Positions 24,624-32,709 of a stretch of 35,108 nt of DNA are shown piece by piece (the first letter of the stretch is position 1; the number at the start of each line of letters is the position of its first letter). The notes under the pieces are model-generated. The model searched no databases. It saw nothing but the letters and a program-made list of their open reading frames with translations, and had not been told where the DNA came from. Source of the DNA: Myxococcota bacterium. Its GTDB lineage: Bacteria; Myxococcota; XYA12-FULL-58-9; JALHOP01. The DNA lies in NCBI GenBank assembly GCA_041288095.1, contig JBGGMJ010000128.1, positions 1-35,108 on the forward strand, written 5' to 3'. A program made the translations under genes and the position numbers.

Positions 24624-25679
24624 TTACAGATCCAACTTCTGCGTATCCGCCGGCGACAGCTTCAGGTCCTCGCGCAGCTTGTGATTGTAGTCCGCGATCA
24701 GCTCGTCCGTTTCATTCGCGGTGAGCTTGTTGCCGTTCCCAATCGTCGGCGTCATCAGCGCCATGATGGCGCTGGCGACGCCGATGCCGAGCAACGAGAA
24801 GCCGATGGCCCGCGTGTCGTTGGTGTACTTGTCATCGTAGAGCAGCACGCCGCCGGTGATGCCGCCGATGGCGCCCAGGCCGAAGCCCAGGCCCCACCAT
24901 AGCTTCGGCTTGAAGCGCGCTTCCCGGACGCGCTCCTCGAGGGCGCGGTTCCCGAGCATTTGCGCGAGCTCGATCTCGTCGACGACGTCCGCCGGGCCGC
25001 GCACGACGACCCATTCACCCGCCTTTTGGCCAGGGAGCGGCGTCCCGCCCATCATGCCGTTCCCCCAGCCCCACGACGGATCCGCGAACCCTGGCGCCGA
25101 TTGGTATCCGCCATAGTAGATTGTCGACGGGCCGACCGGTGATTGCATGATCGGGCGCAAGGCGAGGCGCTCGCGCGCGTAGCGGCGCATGCGCGAGAAG
25201 CGCTCCTCGTCGTCGAGCCGCGCTTTTTCGCCGCTCGGCTTGGGCCAGGTGATTGCCTTGACCCAGAGGCGTTCGCCGGCGCGCGCCGTCAGCGTCGCGA
25301 GCACTTCGTTGGGCGACAAGCGCCGCAGCTGCAGAGTCGCCTGCGCGGTGTCGATGCCGACAACCACGAACAGACCGGTCTTCTCCAGTGCCTTGCGCGC
25401 CGCCGCGAGCTCGTGGCTCTCCATCGTGTCATCGGCCGCGAGAGCGAGCTCGCGCAGAGTACTGCCCTGGGCTTCGGCGAGATCGATGGTGAGCTGAGTC
25501 GCGGGGTCCGGAACGTACTCGCGGATGGCGTCGGGCGGCGCCGGCTCCGGCGGCTCTTTCGTGAGGTCGGTCGGCAGCGTGCCGATGACTTTGCGCTGTG
25601 GCTCGTCCGGCTTCGCGGGCGCGGCAGGCGTCTGTGCCTGGGCCTGAGCGACGAGCAGCATGATGGCGGACAGCTTCAT
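24624..25679 (-). CDS. Hypothetical exported/membrane protein
   Basis: Signal-like N-terminus, Pro-rich linker, POTRA-reminiscent ARKALEKTGLF-V segment, two Gly-rich TM helices near the C-terminus. Start at ATG 25679. Confidence 0.65.
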   Translation of the reverse strand: MKLSAIMLLVAQAQAQTPAAPAKPDEPQRKVIGTLPTDLTKEPPEPAPPDAIREYVPDPATQLTIDLAEAQGSTLRELALAADDTMESHELAAARKALEKTGLFVVVGIDTAQATLQLRRLSPNEVLATLTARAGERLWVKAITWPKPSGEKARLDDEERFSRMRRYARERLALRPIMQSPVGPSTIYYGGYQSAPGFADPSWGWGNGMMGGTPLPGQKAGEWVVVRGPADVVDEIELAQMLGNRALEERVREARFKPKLWWGLGFGLGAIGGITGGVLLYDDKYTNDTRAIGFSLLGIGVASAIMALMTPTIGNGNKLTANETDELIADYNHKLREDLKLSPADTQKLDL

Positions 25680-25730
25680 GCAATCAAGGTGCGTTGACAC
25701 CAGCCCCGAGCGCAACCGAATAACGGGTGC

Positions 25731-26810
25731 ATGGCGCGAATTGCGGTGATTGCTGGTGACGGTATTGGTGTCGAGGTGACCGCCGCGGCGCTCGAGGTCT
25801 TGCGAGCCGCCGCGAAGAAGCACGCCGTGCCCTTGGACATCGAGGAGCTCGACTACGGTGCCGAGCGCTACCTACGAGACGGCACCACCATGCCCGCGGG
25901 CGAGATCGACCGCTTCCGTCGCGAGGTCGATGCTATCTTCCTGGGTGCCGTCGGCGATCCACGCATTCCCGACATGCGGCACGCCCGCGACATCCTCCTC
26001 GCCACCCGCTTCGAGCTCGATCTCTACGTGAATTTTCGGCCAGTGCGCTGCTTGGCGGATACCCTTTGTCCGCTAAAGCGCAAGCAAGCTTCCGACATCG
26101 ACTTCGTCGTCTTCCGCGAGAACACCGAAGGCGCCTACGTGGGCATCGGCGGCATCTTCAAGAAGGGCACCGCCGACGAGGTCGCGACCAACGAAGACGT
26201 GAACACGCGCAAGGGAGTCGAGCGAATCGTCCGGGCGGCGTTCGACTACGCGGCCAAGAACGGCAAGCGGCGCGTCTGCATGGCCGACAAGTCGAACGCC
26301 CTGCGTTTCGCGCACGACCTCTGGCAGCGCGTCTTCGCCGAAGTGAAGAAGGAGTATCCGCAGATCGAGACACGGCATCTCTTCATCGACGCGCTCGCCA
26401 TGGAGCTCATCCGCGCGCCCGAGGCTTTCCAAGTCATCGTCACCAACAACATGTTCGGCGACATCGTCACCGACCTCGGGGCGGCCCTGCAGGGCGGGAT
26501 GGGGCTCGCCGCGAGCGCCAATCTCAATCCCAGCGAAGCCTTGCGCCGCCCTTCACGGCCCAACGGCATTGGCCTGTTCGAGCCGGTGCACGGGTCGGCG
26601 CCCGACATCGCGGGAAAGGGAGTCGCAAACCCATTGGCGGCGATCCAAACTCTCGCCCTCATGCTCGACAACTTAGGCTTCGTGGCGGCCGCCGCCGATA
26701 TCGGGCGTGCGGTGCAAGTAGTCGTCAACGCCGGGGATTTCACTCCGGACCTGGGCGGCAAGGCGACCACGGCGGCGACGCGCGACCGGGTGCTCGGGGC
26801 GCTCCGCTAA
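25731..26810 (+). CDS. Isocitrate/isopropylmalate dehydrogenase family protein (LeuB-like; substrate uncertain)
   Basis: IAGDGIGVEV, GAVGDP, RFELDLYVNFRP, RENTEGAY, DKSNAL, NNMFGDIVTD, FEPVHGSAPDIAGKG-ANP. Confidence 0.9.
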   Translation: MARIAVIAGDGIGVEVTAAALEVLRAAAKKHAVPLDIEELDYGAERYLRDGTTMPAGEIDRFRREVDAIFLGAVGDPRIPDMRHARDILLATRFELDLYVNFRPVRCLADTLCPLKRKQASDIDFVVFRENTEGAYVGIGGIFKKGTADEVATNEDVNTRKGVERIVRAAFDYAAKNGKRRVCMADKSNALRFAHDLWQRVFAEVKKEYPQIETRHLFIDALAMELIRAPEAFQVIVTNNMFGDIVTDLGAALQGGMGLAASANLNPSEALRRPSRPNGIGLFEPVHGSAPDIAGKGVANPLAAIQTLALMLDNLGFVAAAADIGRAVQVVVNAGDFTPDLGGKATTAATRDRVLGALR

Positions 26811-26827
26811 GATGTCAGGCTCCGGCT

Positions 26828-26850
26828 GACGAAACCCGGGCGGTTTCGTC
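26828..26850. promoter_or_regulatory. Perfect 9-bp inverted repeat upstream of the phosphatase gene
   Basis: GACGAAACC-CGGGC-GGTTTCGTC, followed immediately by CCGATAA; could be an operator or a terminator. Confidence 0.4.
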
Positions 26851-26865
26851 CCGATAAGGTTGCCC

Positions 26866-28047
26866 ATGCGCGTTCCCACCAACCGCGCTGTGACCCGATC
26901 GTCCCGGTCACAGACGGACACCTCTGCCCAAAATCCCCCCGCGACAACCCAGCAGCGGGCGCAGCCCCAAACGCTCGAGCGGACACTCGAAGCCCTCGAG
27001 CAGCGCGAGAAGCCGGCCAAGGCGACGCGGCCGGTGCGGCTCTTCGACGTCTCGGGCTACAGGTTCATCACCCATACCCGGCCTGACGGCCAGCCCGTGC
27101 ACATCGAGATTCACGGCAGCCTCGTGATCCCGCACATGTTGCTCCCGGGCGGCGCCGAGCTGCCGCCGCTCATCCTGCCCGGCAAGACCCTCAATTTCTT
27201 GGCGCTCGGCGATGGCGGACACGGCACCGATAACCAGCGCAAGACCGCCATGGCGCTCACCAAGATGGCCAAAGAGCGCGGCGTGAACTTCGGCGTTTAC
27301 ACCGGCGACATCATCTATCCGCACGGCATCTCGGGGCCGAACGATCCGCAGCTCAAGGAGAAGTTCGTCGACATGTACAAGGGGCTGCCGGAGATGCACG
27401 CGGTCCCCGGCAATCACGACTACGGCAGCGTTACCGGCGCCGGCATCCCCGAGGCCCTCGTCGAGGCCGCCAACCGCAACACCGAAGGCATGTTCCGCAT
27501 GCCGACGCGCTATTACTCGCGGCTCGTGAAGGTGGATGGGCTCACCATCCGCACCCTGTTCCTCGACACCGCGACGTTGGCGGTCGACCCGGTGCAGCTC
27601 TCCTGGATCCACAAGCAGCTCGCGAAAGACGCGGACTACACGCTCGTGTTCGGGCACCATCCCGTCGAGAACATCGGCTGGCACGGTTCGTCCGACATCT
27701 TGAAGGCCCTGCTCCTTCCGCTACTCGAGGCCCGCGCCGACCTCTACGTGTGCGGCCACGAGCACAATCAGCAGCAGCTGCGCACCAAGGGCGGTTTGCC
27801 CACCATCGTGAGCGGCGCGGCTTCTGAGTCGATGCCGACCATGAAGATCGGCAGGAGCGAGTTTGCCTCCATCCGCCGTGGCGGAGGGTTCTTCACCGTC
27901 GGCCGCGAGGGCATCAAGTACGAAGCGCTCTCGTCGTCGAAGGAGGCGGTGATGTTCACCAACACCTTCCAAAAGCGCGAGCGCACGGAGCTGCCGAAGC
28001 TCTCGTTGCCGTCCGGCTTAGGCCTTGAAGACGATAAATCTGCTTAG
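26866..28047 (+). CDS. Metallophosphoesterase, purple/tartrate-resistant acid phosphatase-like
   Basis: GDGG, GDIIY, GNHDY, VFGHHP and GHEH motifs; about 110-aa N-terminal extension with no signal peptide. Confidence 0.88.
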   Translation: MRVPTNRAVTRSSRSQTDTSAQNPPATTQQRAQPQTLERTLEALEQREKPAKATRPVRLFDVSGYRFITHTRPDGQPVHIEIHGSLVIPHMLLPGGAELPPLILPGKTLNFLALGDGGHGTDNQRKTAMALTKMAKERGVNFGVYTGDIIYPHGISGPNDPQLKEKFVDMYKGLPEMHAVPGNHDYGSVTGAGIPEALVEAANRNTEGMFRMPTRYYSRLVKVDGLTIRTLFLDTATLAVDPVQLSWIHKQLAKDADYTLVFGHHPVENIGWHGSSDILKALLLPLLEARADLYVCGHEHNQQQLRTKGGLPTIVSGAASESMPTMKIGRSEFASIRRGGGFFTVGREGIKYEALSSSKEAVMFTNTFQKRERTELPKLSLPSGLGLEDDKSA

Positions 28048-28530
28048 GTCGATACCGAACTTCTTCTGCGCCTGATCGAGGTAGTCGTTGTGCTCCTCGA
28101 TGCGCTTGTTCAGGAACTCCTGGAAGATGTCCACGAAGGAGCACGCGGCCTTGTGCGCCGTGGTCTCGGTTTGCTCGAGCGCCTGATTGAACTTGCGGAT
28201 GGCGTCGTCGCCTTGGAGGTCGGCGTACTCCTCGGCGAGGAGGCGGCGAATGACCTGCGGGAAGAGCAAGATGGCGGAGAGGACGTCGCTGACCTTGAAC
28301 TTCTTCGCGGCGTGGACACGCGACATGTAGCGGAAGACCTTCTCGAGCGCGTCGGTCTGACCGGTGACGAGCAGGTCGACGTAGCCGTCCAGCAGGTGCT
28401 CGAGCATCTGCTTGAGCTCAGTGCGCGGCATTTTGCTGTAGGCGGCGACGGACCTCGGGATCTTGGTCAACAGCAGGTTGACGATCTGCGCGTTGTAGTC
28501 CTCGAGAAAATTGAAGAGTTGAATGTTCAC
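28018..28530 (-). CDS. Stand-alone all-helical protein, RsbRD_N/globin-like sensor fold
   Basis: Strong GC3 bias. Pattern YSKMPRTEL...ALEKVFRYMSRVHAAKKFKVSDVLSAILLF resembles RsbRD_N. GTG 28530 with an AAGGCGG RBS-like sequence; alternative starts to 28560. Confidence 0.68.
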   Translation of the reverse strand: MNIQLFNFLEDYNAQIVNLLLTKIPRSVAAYSKMPRTELKQMLEHLLDGYVDLLVTGQTDALEKVFRYMSRVHAAKKFKVSDVLSAILLFPQVIRRLLAEEYADLQGDDAIRKFNQALEQTETTAHKAACSFVDIFQEFLNKRIEEHNDYLDQAQKKFGIDLSRFIVFKA

Positions 28531-28612
28531 CGCGAAACCGCCTTGAGCCATCCATAGCAAAGGAGGGCCGTGGATTGCACGTTGGCGGCCAAACGTGCGA
28601 TTTCAGCGCGCT

Positions 28613-29938
28613 ATGCAGCCTGTTCGCGACATCATGGTCCAGAAATTCGGCGGCAGCTCGGTCGGTACGGTCGAGCGCATCAAGCACGTCGCCGAGCTCG
28701 TCCATAAGGCCAAAGCCAAACACCCGCATCTGGTCGTGGTCGTCTCCGCGATGCGAGGCGAGACCGACCGACTGCTGGGGCTCGCCGGCCAAATGGCGGG
28801 GCGGCCCGACCCGCGCGAAACCGATGCGCTGGTCGCCACTGGTGAGCAGGTGTCCGCGGCGATGCTCGCCATCGCCCTTCGCGAGCGCGGTGTGCCCGCC
28901 GTCTCGATGAGCGGTCCGCAGATGTTGGTGCGCACCGACGGTATGTTCTCGCGCGCCCGCATCAAGAGCATCGACCGCAGCGCCATCGACCGCGCGCTCC
29001 TGCGAGGTCAGGTCGTCGTCGCGACCGGCTTCCAGGGCATGGATGACGAGGGCAACCTCACGACGCTCGGCCGTGGCGGCTCGGATACCAGCGCTGTCGC
29101 CTTGGCCGCCGCGCTCGATGCCGTCGAGTGCGACATCTACACCGACGTCCTCGGCGTTTACACCGCCGATCCGAATCTTTGTCCCGACGCCAGGAAGCTC
29201 GACGTCATCGCCTTCGAGGAGATGATGGAGATGGCATCGGCGGGCTCGAAAGTCTTGCAGATTAGATCCGTGGAGCTTGCGATGAATCACAATATGCCGG
29301 TGCGGGTGCGTTCGACCTTCAGTGACGACCCGGGAACCTTGGTCACCGGTGAGGACGAGCACATCGAGCGACTCGTGGTGCGCGGCGTCTCGCACGACAA
29401 CGGCGACATCAAAGTCACCGTGCGTCGCATTCCCGACCGCCCAGGCGTCGCCGCGACGCTCTTCCGCGGTCTGTCCAAGGCGGGCATCAACATCGACGTC
29501 ATCGTCCAGAATGCTTCCGAGGACGGTAAGACCGACGTCTCGTTCACGGTCGCCAAGGCGGACGCGGCCCAGGCCGAGGAGCTCGTGCGCGAGGCCGCGC
29601 GTGAGCTCCAAGGCGGTAACGTCGAGGTCGATCACGCGATCTCGAAGGTGTCCATCGTCGGCGTAGGCATGCGCGCCCACGCTGGTGTCGCCGCCGAGAT
29701 GTTCCAGGCGCTGCACGAAGCCGGCGTCAACATCGCGATGATCACGACCAGCGAGATCAAAGTCACGTGCGTCATCGCTCGTGCCCAGGTCGAGAAGGCC
29801 GTGAAGGCCCTGCACGCGCGTTTCGAGCTGCAGGCCGGCGGCAAGAAGGCGAAGCCTCCGGCGCGCGCCAAGAAGGCCGCCAAGCCGAAAGCCAAGGCCA
29901 AGTCGAAGAGCGCCGCGCGTCGCGGGAAGAAACGCTAA
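28613..29938 (+). CDS. lysC: Aspartate kinase with two ACT domains and a Lys/Ala-rich tail
   Basis: VQKFGGSSV, VVVSAM, TGEQ, GFQG, TTLGRGGSDTSAV, IYTDVLGVYTADP, DRPGVAA, VSIVGVGM, TSEIK. Confidence 0.96.
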   Translation: MQPVRDIMVQKFGGSSVGTVERIKHVAELVHKAKAKHPHLVVVVSAMRGETDRLLGLAGQMAGRPDPRETDALVATGEQVSAAMLAIALRERGVPAVSMSGPQMLVRTDGMFSRARIKSIDRSAIDRALLRGQVVVATGFQGMDDEGNLTTLGRGGSDTSAVALAAALDAVECDIYTDVLGVYTADPNLCPDARKLDVIAFEEMMEMASAGSKVLQIRSVELAMNHNMPVRVRSTFSDDPGTLVTGEDEHIERLVVRGVSHDNGDIKVTVRRIPDRPGVAATLFRGLSKAGINIDVIVQNASEDGKTDVSFTVAKADAAQAEELVREAARELQGGNVEVDHAISKVSIVGVGMRAHAGVAAEMFQALHEAGVNIAMITTSEIKVTCVIARAQVEKAVKALHARFELQAGGKKAKPPARAKKAAKPKAKAKSKSAARRGKKR

Positions 29939-29950
29939 AGCGGACCAAGC

Positions 29951-30127
29951 GTGTCTCGACGAGAAGGACCGAGCACCGCCCTAGGGCTCGCCGCCATCGT
30001 CGCGGCGGCCGCGCTGTTCATCGCCGCGCGCCTGCTCTGGCAACAATGGGCCGATTATCGGGACGCCTCCGCCGAGGCGTTCGAGGCCTCGCCGTCTCCG
30101 GGGCTTGGCGATGGGCGTCCGAAGTGA
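29951..30127 (+). CDS. Putative 58-aa single-TM small protein
   Basis: Manual translation MSRREGPSTALGLAAIVAAAALFIAARLLWQQWADYRDASAEAFEASPSPGLGDGRPK*; fills the lysC-psd gap; below the ORF-track cutoff. Confidence 0.55.
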   Translation: MSRREGPSTALGLAAIVAAAALFIAARLLWQQWADYRDASAEAFEASPSPGLGDGRPK

Positions 30128-30156
30128 GATACGGCCCGCCGATGCGGGCAGATACC

Positions 30157-31110
30157 ATGACGACTCCTGACAACGACGACATGCCGACGCCGGTTCCCTC
30201 GAGGGGCAACCCGCTCCAGAGCGGCTTCGTCGTCGACCTGACGCGTCGCTTGCCACAGGCGATGGTGTCGCGCGCCTGGGGGTGGCTTGCTCGACGCAAA
30301 CATCCGAAGCTCGGTGTTGCTCTTCTAAAGCGGACGTTCGTCCGAGCCACCGGCATCGACATGTCGGAGGCGCAAGAACCGATCGGCACCTATTCGACTC
30401 TCGAAGACCTCTTCGTTCGTCACCTGAAGACCGGCGCGCGCCGCATCGAGCCGCAGCCCGACGCCGTGGTGAGTCCCGTCGACGGCACCGTTGGTGAGGT
30501 GGGGCTCATCGAGGACGGCACGCTGATGCAGGTGAAAGGGCGCAGCTACAGCCTCGCGCGTCTCCTCGACGACGAGGAGGAAGCCAAGCGCTTCGAGGGT
30601 GGCGCGTACGCGACGTTGTATCTCGCGCCCCACGACTATCACCGCATCCACGCGCCGGTGTCCGGGAGCATCTCGCAAGGGGCGCTGGTGCCCGGGGCAT
30701 TGTTCCCCGTGTTCCGTGAAGCGCTGGAGCGCATCGACGAGCTGTTTGCGCGCAACGAGCGGATCATCACCTACATCGACAACAAGACCTGCGGCCGCGT
30801 CGCCGTGGTGAAGGTTGGCGCCACGCTGGTCGGACGCATCTCGCTCGCCTACGACGACAGCGTCCACACCAACGTCAAAGGTCAGGCGCGGGCCGCCCTT
30901 CGTTATGATCCAGCGCATGCGATGCAGAAGGGCGCGGAGCTCGGCGCCTTCGAGCTCGGCTCGACCGTGATCCTCGTCTGCGAAGAAGGTCGCATCTCCC
31001 TCGAAGAGCTCGCGCCCGGCCGCAAGGTGAAGATGGGTCAGCGCATTGGCACCCTCAGTGACAGGCCGCGCACCAAGCGTTCGCGTACACGCAAATCGTC
31101 GGAATCCTAG
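30157..31110 (+). CDS. psd: Phosphatidylserine decarboxylase proenzyme
   Basis: FVRHLK-GAR, VSPVDG, QVKGRSYSL, YLAPHDYHRIHAP, LFARNER, VGATLVG, FELGSTV autocleavage motif. Start at 30142, 30157 or 30181. Confidence 0.94.
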   Translation: MTTPDNDDMPTPVPSRGNPLQSGFVVDLTRRLPQAMVSRAWGWLARRKHPKLGVALLKRTFVRATGIDMSEAQEPIGTYSTLEDLFVRHLKTGARRIEPQPDAVVSPVDGTVGEVGLIEDGTLMQVKGRSYSLARLLDDEEEAKRFEGGAYATLYLAPHDYHRIHAPVSGSISQGALVPGALFPVFREALERIDELFARNERIITYIDNKTCGRVAVVKVGATLVGRISLAYDDSVHTNVKGQARAALRYDPAHAMQKGAELGAFELGSTVILVCEEGRISLEELAPGRKVKMGQRIGTLSDRPRTKRSRTRKSSES

Positions 31111-31113
31111 GCG

Positions 31114-31869
31114 GTGAGCGTTGCCATGCTGACATCGCCAATCCTCTCCGACGTCGCTGGCATTGTGCACGGCTTCACCACGCGTGACGGCGGCGTGAGC
31201 CAGGGGCCGTTCGCAAGCTTGAACCTCGGGGGCTCGCAGGACGAGCGCCCGGCAATCCAAGCGAACCGCGAGCGCGTGCTCGAGACCATGGGTCGGAAAG
31301 ACGCGGCGTTCGTGGCGTTGCGCCAGGTCCACGGGAACGACGTGGTCCAAGTCACCCGCCTCGCCGGTCGAACCATCGAGGCTGACGGGTTGTGGACGCG
31401 TGACCGCGGCGCGGTGATTTCCGTGCTGGTCGCTGACTGCGTGCCCATCCTCTTCGCCGATCAACGGGGCAGGGCCGTAGGGGCGGTGCATGCCGGTTGG
31501 CGTGGCACCGCGACGCGCATCGCCGCCGAGATGGTGAAGCGGATGAAAGACGCCGACATTCCGCCCCACGATCTGCGGGTTGCCATAGGGCCAGCCATCG
31601 GCCCCAACGATTTCGAGATCGGCCCTGACGTCGTCTTGGCTCTCGAGACCGCCTACCCGTCGCCAGGTGCCGCCATCAGGCCGGGAAACGACGATCGCTC
31701 GTACGCCGACCTCTGGGCGCTCAACAAGCGCTGTCTGATCGAGGCGGGGGTGCCGGAGGGTTGCATCGATGTCGTCGCCTATTCGACTGTCGGCGACGGC
31801 CGCTTCTTCTCGCACCGCCGCGATCAAGGCGTGACTGGCCGCCAGGCCGGAGTCATCTCTCTGGCCTGA
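31114..31869 (+). CDS. pgeF: Peptidoglycan editing factor / purine nucleoside phosphorylase YfiH
   Basis: HGFTTRDGGVS, SLNLG, QVHG, ADGL, VADCVPIL, VHAGWRG, IGPAIG, FFSHRR, GRQ. Confidence 0.94.
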   Translation: MSVAMLTSPILSDVAGIVHGFTTRDGGVSQGPFASLNLGGSQDERPAIQANRERVLETMGRKDAAFVALRQVHGNDVVQVTRLAGRTIEADGLWTRDRGAVISVLVADCVPILFADQRGRAVGAVHAGWRGTATRIAAEMVKRMKDADIPPHDLRVAIGPAIGPNDFEIGPDVVLALETAYPSPGAAIRPGNDDRSYADLWALNKRCLIEAGVPEGCIDVVAYSTVGDGRFFSHRRDQGVTGRQAGVISLA

Positions 31870-31920
31870 CGATCCGGCCGTTTTTTTGACCGCGCGCCCA
31901 GGACGCCCGAGACTCGGGCC

Positions 31921-32709
31921 GTGCGACTGCTATTCGTCTCACTGCTCCTCGTCCTGTCCGCTTGCGCGCACTCATCCGCGGGCGACATCGACAACAATCA
32001 GCTGGCGCGCAGCCTCGACGCTCTGCGCGCGCAGGTGGCGGCGCAAGGCCAACAGCTCGAGGTGCTGCAGGGCCGGCTCGACGTCATGTCCGCCGCCAAT
32101 ACCGTGCAGACCGCGGGCACGTCGCGCAACATGCGCGATCTCGAAGTGGTGAAGCTGACGCCGGCGCCAGCGCGCGCGGCCGAGCCCGAAGAAGAGCCGA
32201 TCATGCTCGAGATCACGGGCGAAGGTGAACGCCTCCAAGTCGTGAAAATGCCTCCTGCGCCACGGGCGCGCGCCGCTGCCAAAGCCGCGGCAAGCCCGAC
32301 CAACGCCGCAGCCGCGAAAGCGGACCCGCTCGACGGTCCGTTCTCCGAGGCGCTCGATGCGTACCGCAACGGGCGGACCGAAGAGGCGTTCGAGCGTTTC
32401 TCGAACCTCATGAAGAAGAGCCCCAAAGCCGAGAAGGCTTCGGCGGCGCTCTACTGGATGGGCGAATCGCGCTTCGACGACCAGCGTTTCGACGAAGCCA
32501 TCGCGCAGTACAAGCGCTTGGTCGACGCCTACCCTTCGAGCAGCAAGGCCCCCGATGCTCTCCTCAAGATGGGCATCAGCTTCGAGAAGCTGAAAGATTC
32601 GACCCATGCTCGCGAGGCCTTCCAGCGCCTGGTCGACGAACATCCGGAGAGCGCTGTCGCGGAGCTCGCGCGCGCCCGTCCTGGCATCCGTGGAGGACGC
32701 TCGAAATGA
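31921..32709 (+). CDS. cpoB: Tol-Pal protein CpoB/YbgF-like lipoprotein
   Basis: Lipobox LSAC, coiled coil, linker, three TPRs (ALYWMGES, YPSSSKAPDALLKMG, HPES). Confidence 0.82.
   Translation: MRLLFVSLLLVLSACAHSSAGDIDNNQLARSLDALRAQVAAQGQQLEVLQGRLDVMSAANTVQTAGTSRNMRDLEVVKLTPAPARAAEPEEEPIMLEITGEGERLQVVKMPPAPRARAAAKAAASPTNAAAAKADPLDGPFSEALDAYRNGRTEEAFERFSNLMKKSPKAEKASAALYWMGESRFDDQRFDEAIAQYKRLVDAYPSSSKAPDALLKMGISFEKLKDSTHAREAFQRLVDEHPESAVAELARARPGIRGGRSK

Noticed and set aside
28531..28612. Lysine riboswitch upstream of lysC
   Set aside because: Only about 80 bp separate lysC from the divergent gene, too short for the ~170-nt aptamer.
29767..30156. 130-aa N-terminal extension of Psd from the ORF track
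   Set aside because: It overlaps the lysC 3' end and a better small TM ORF; the Arg-rich text is typical off-frame translation.
31869..31890. Terminator after pgeF (T-run near 31880-31887)
   Set aside because: The preceding stem is only 3-4 bp, too weak to call.
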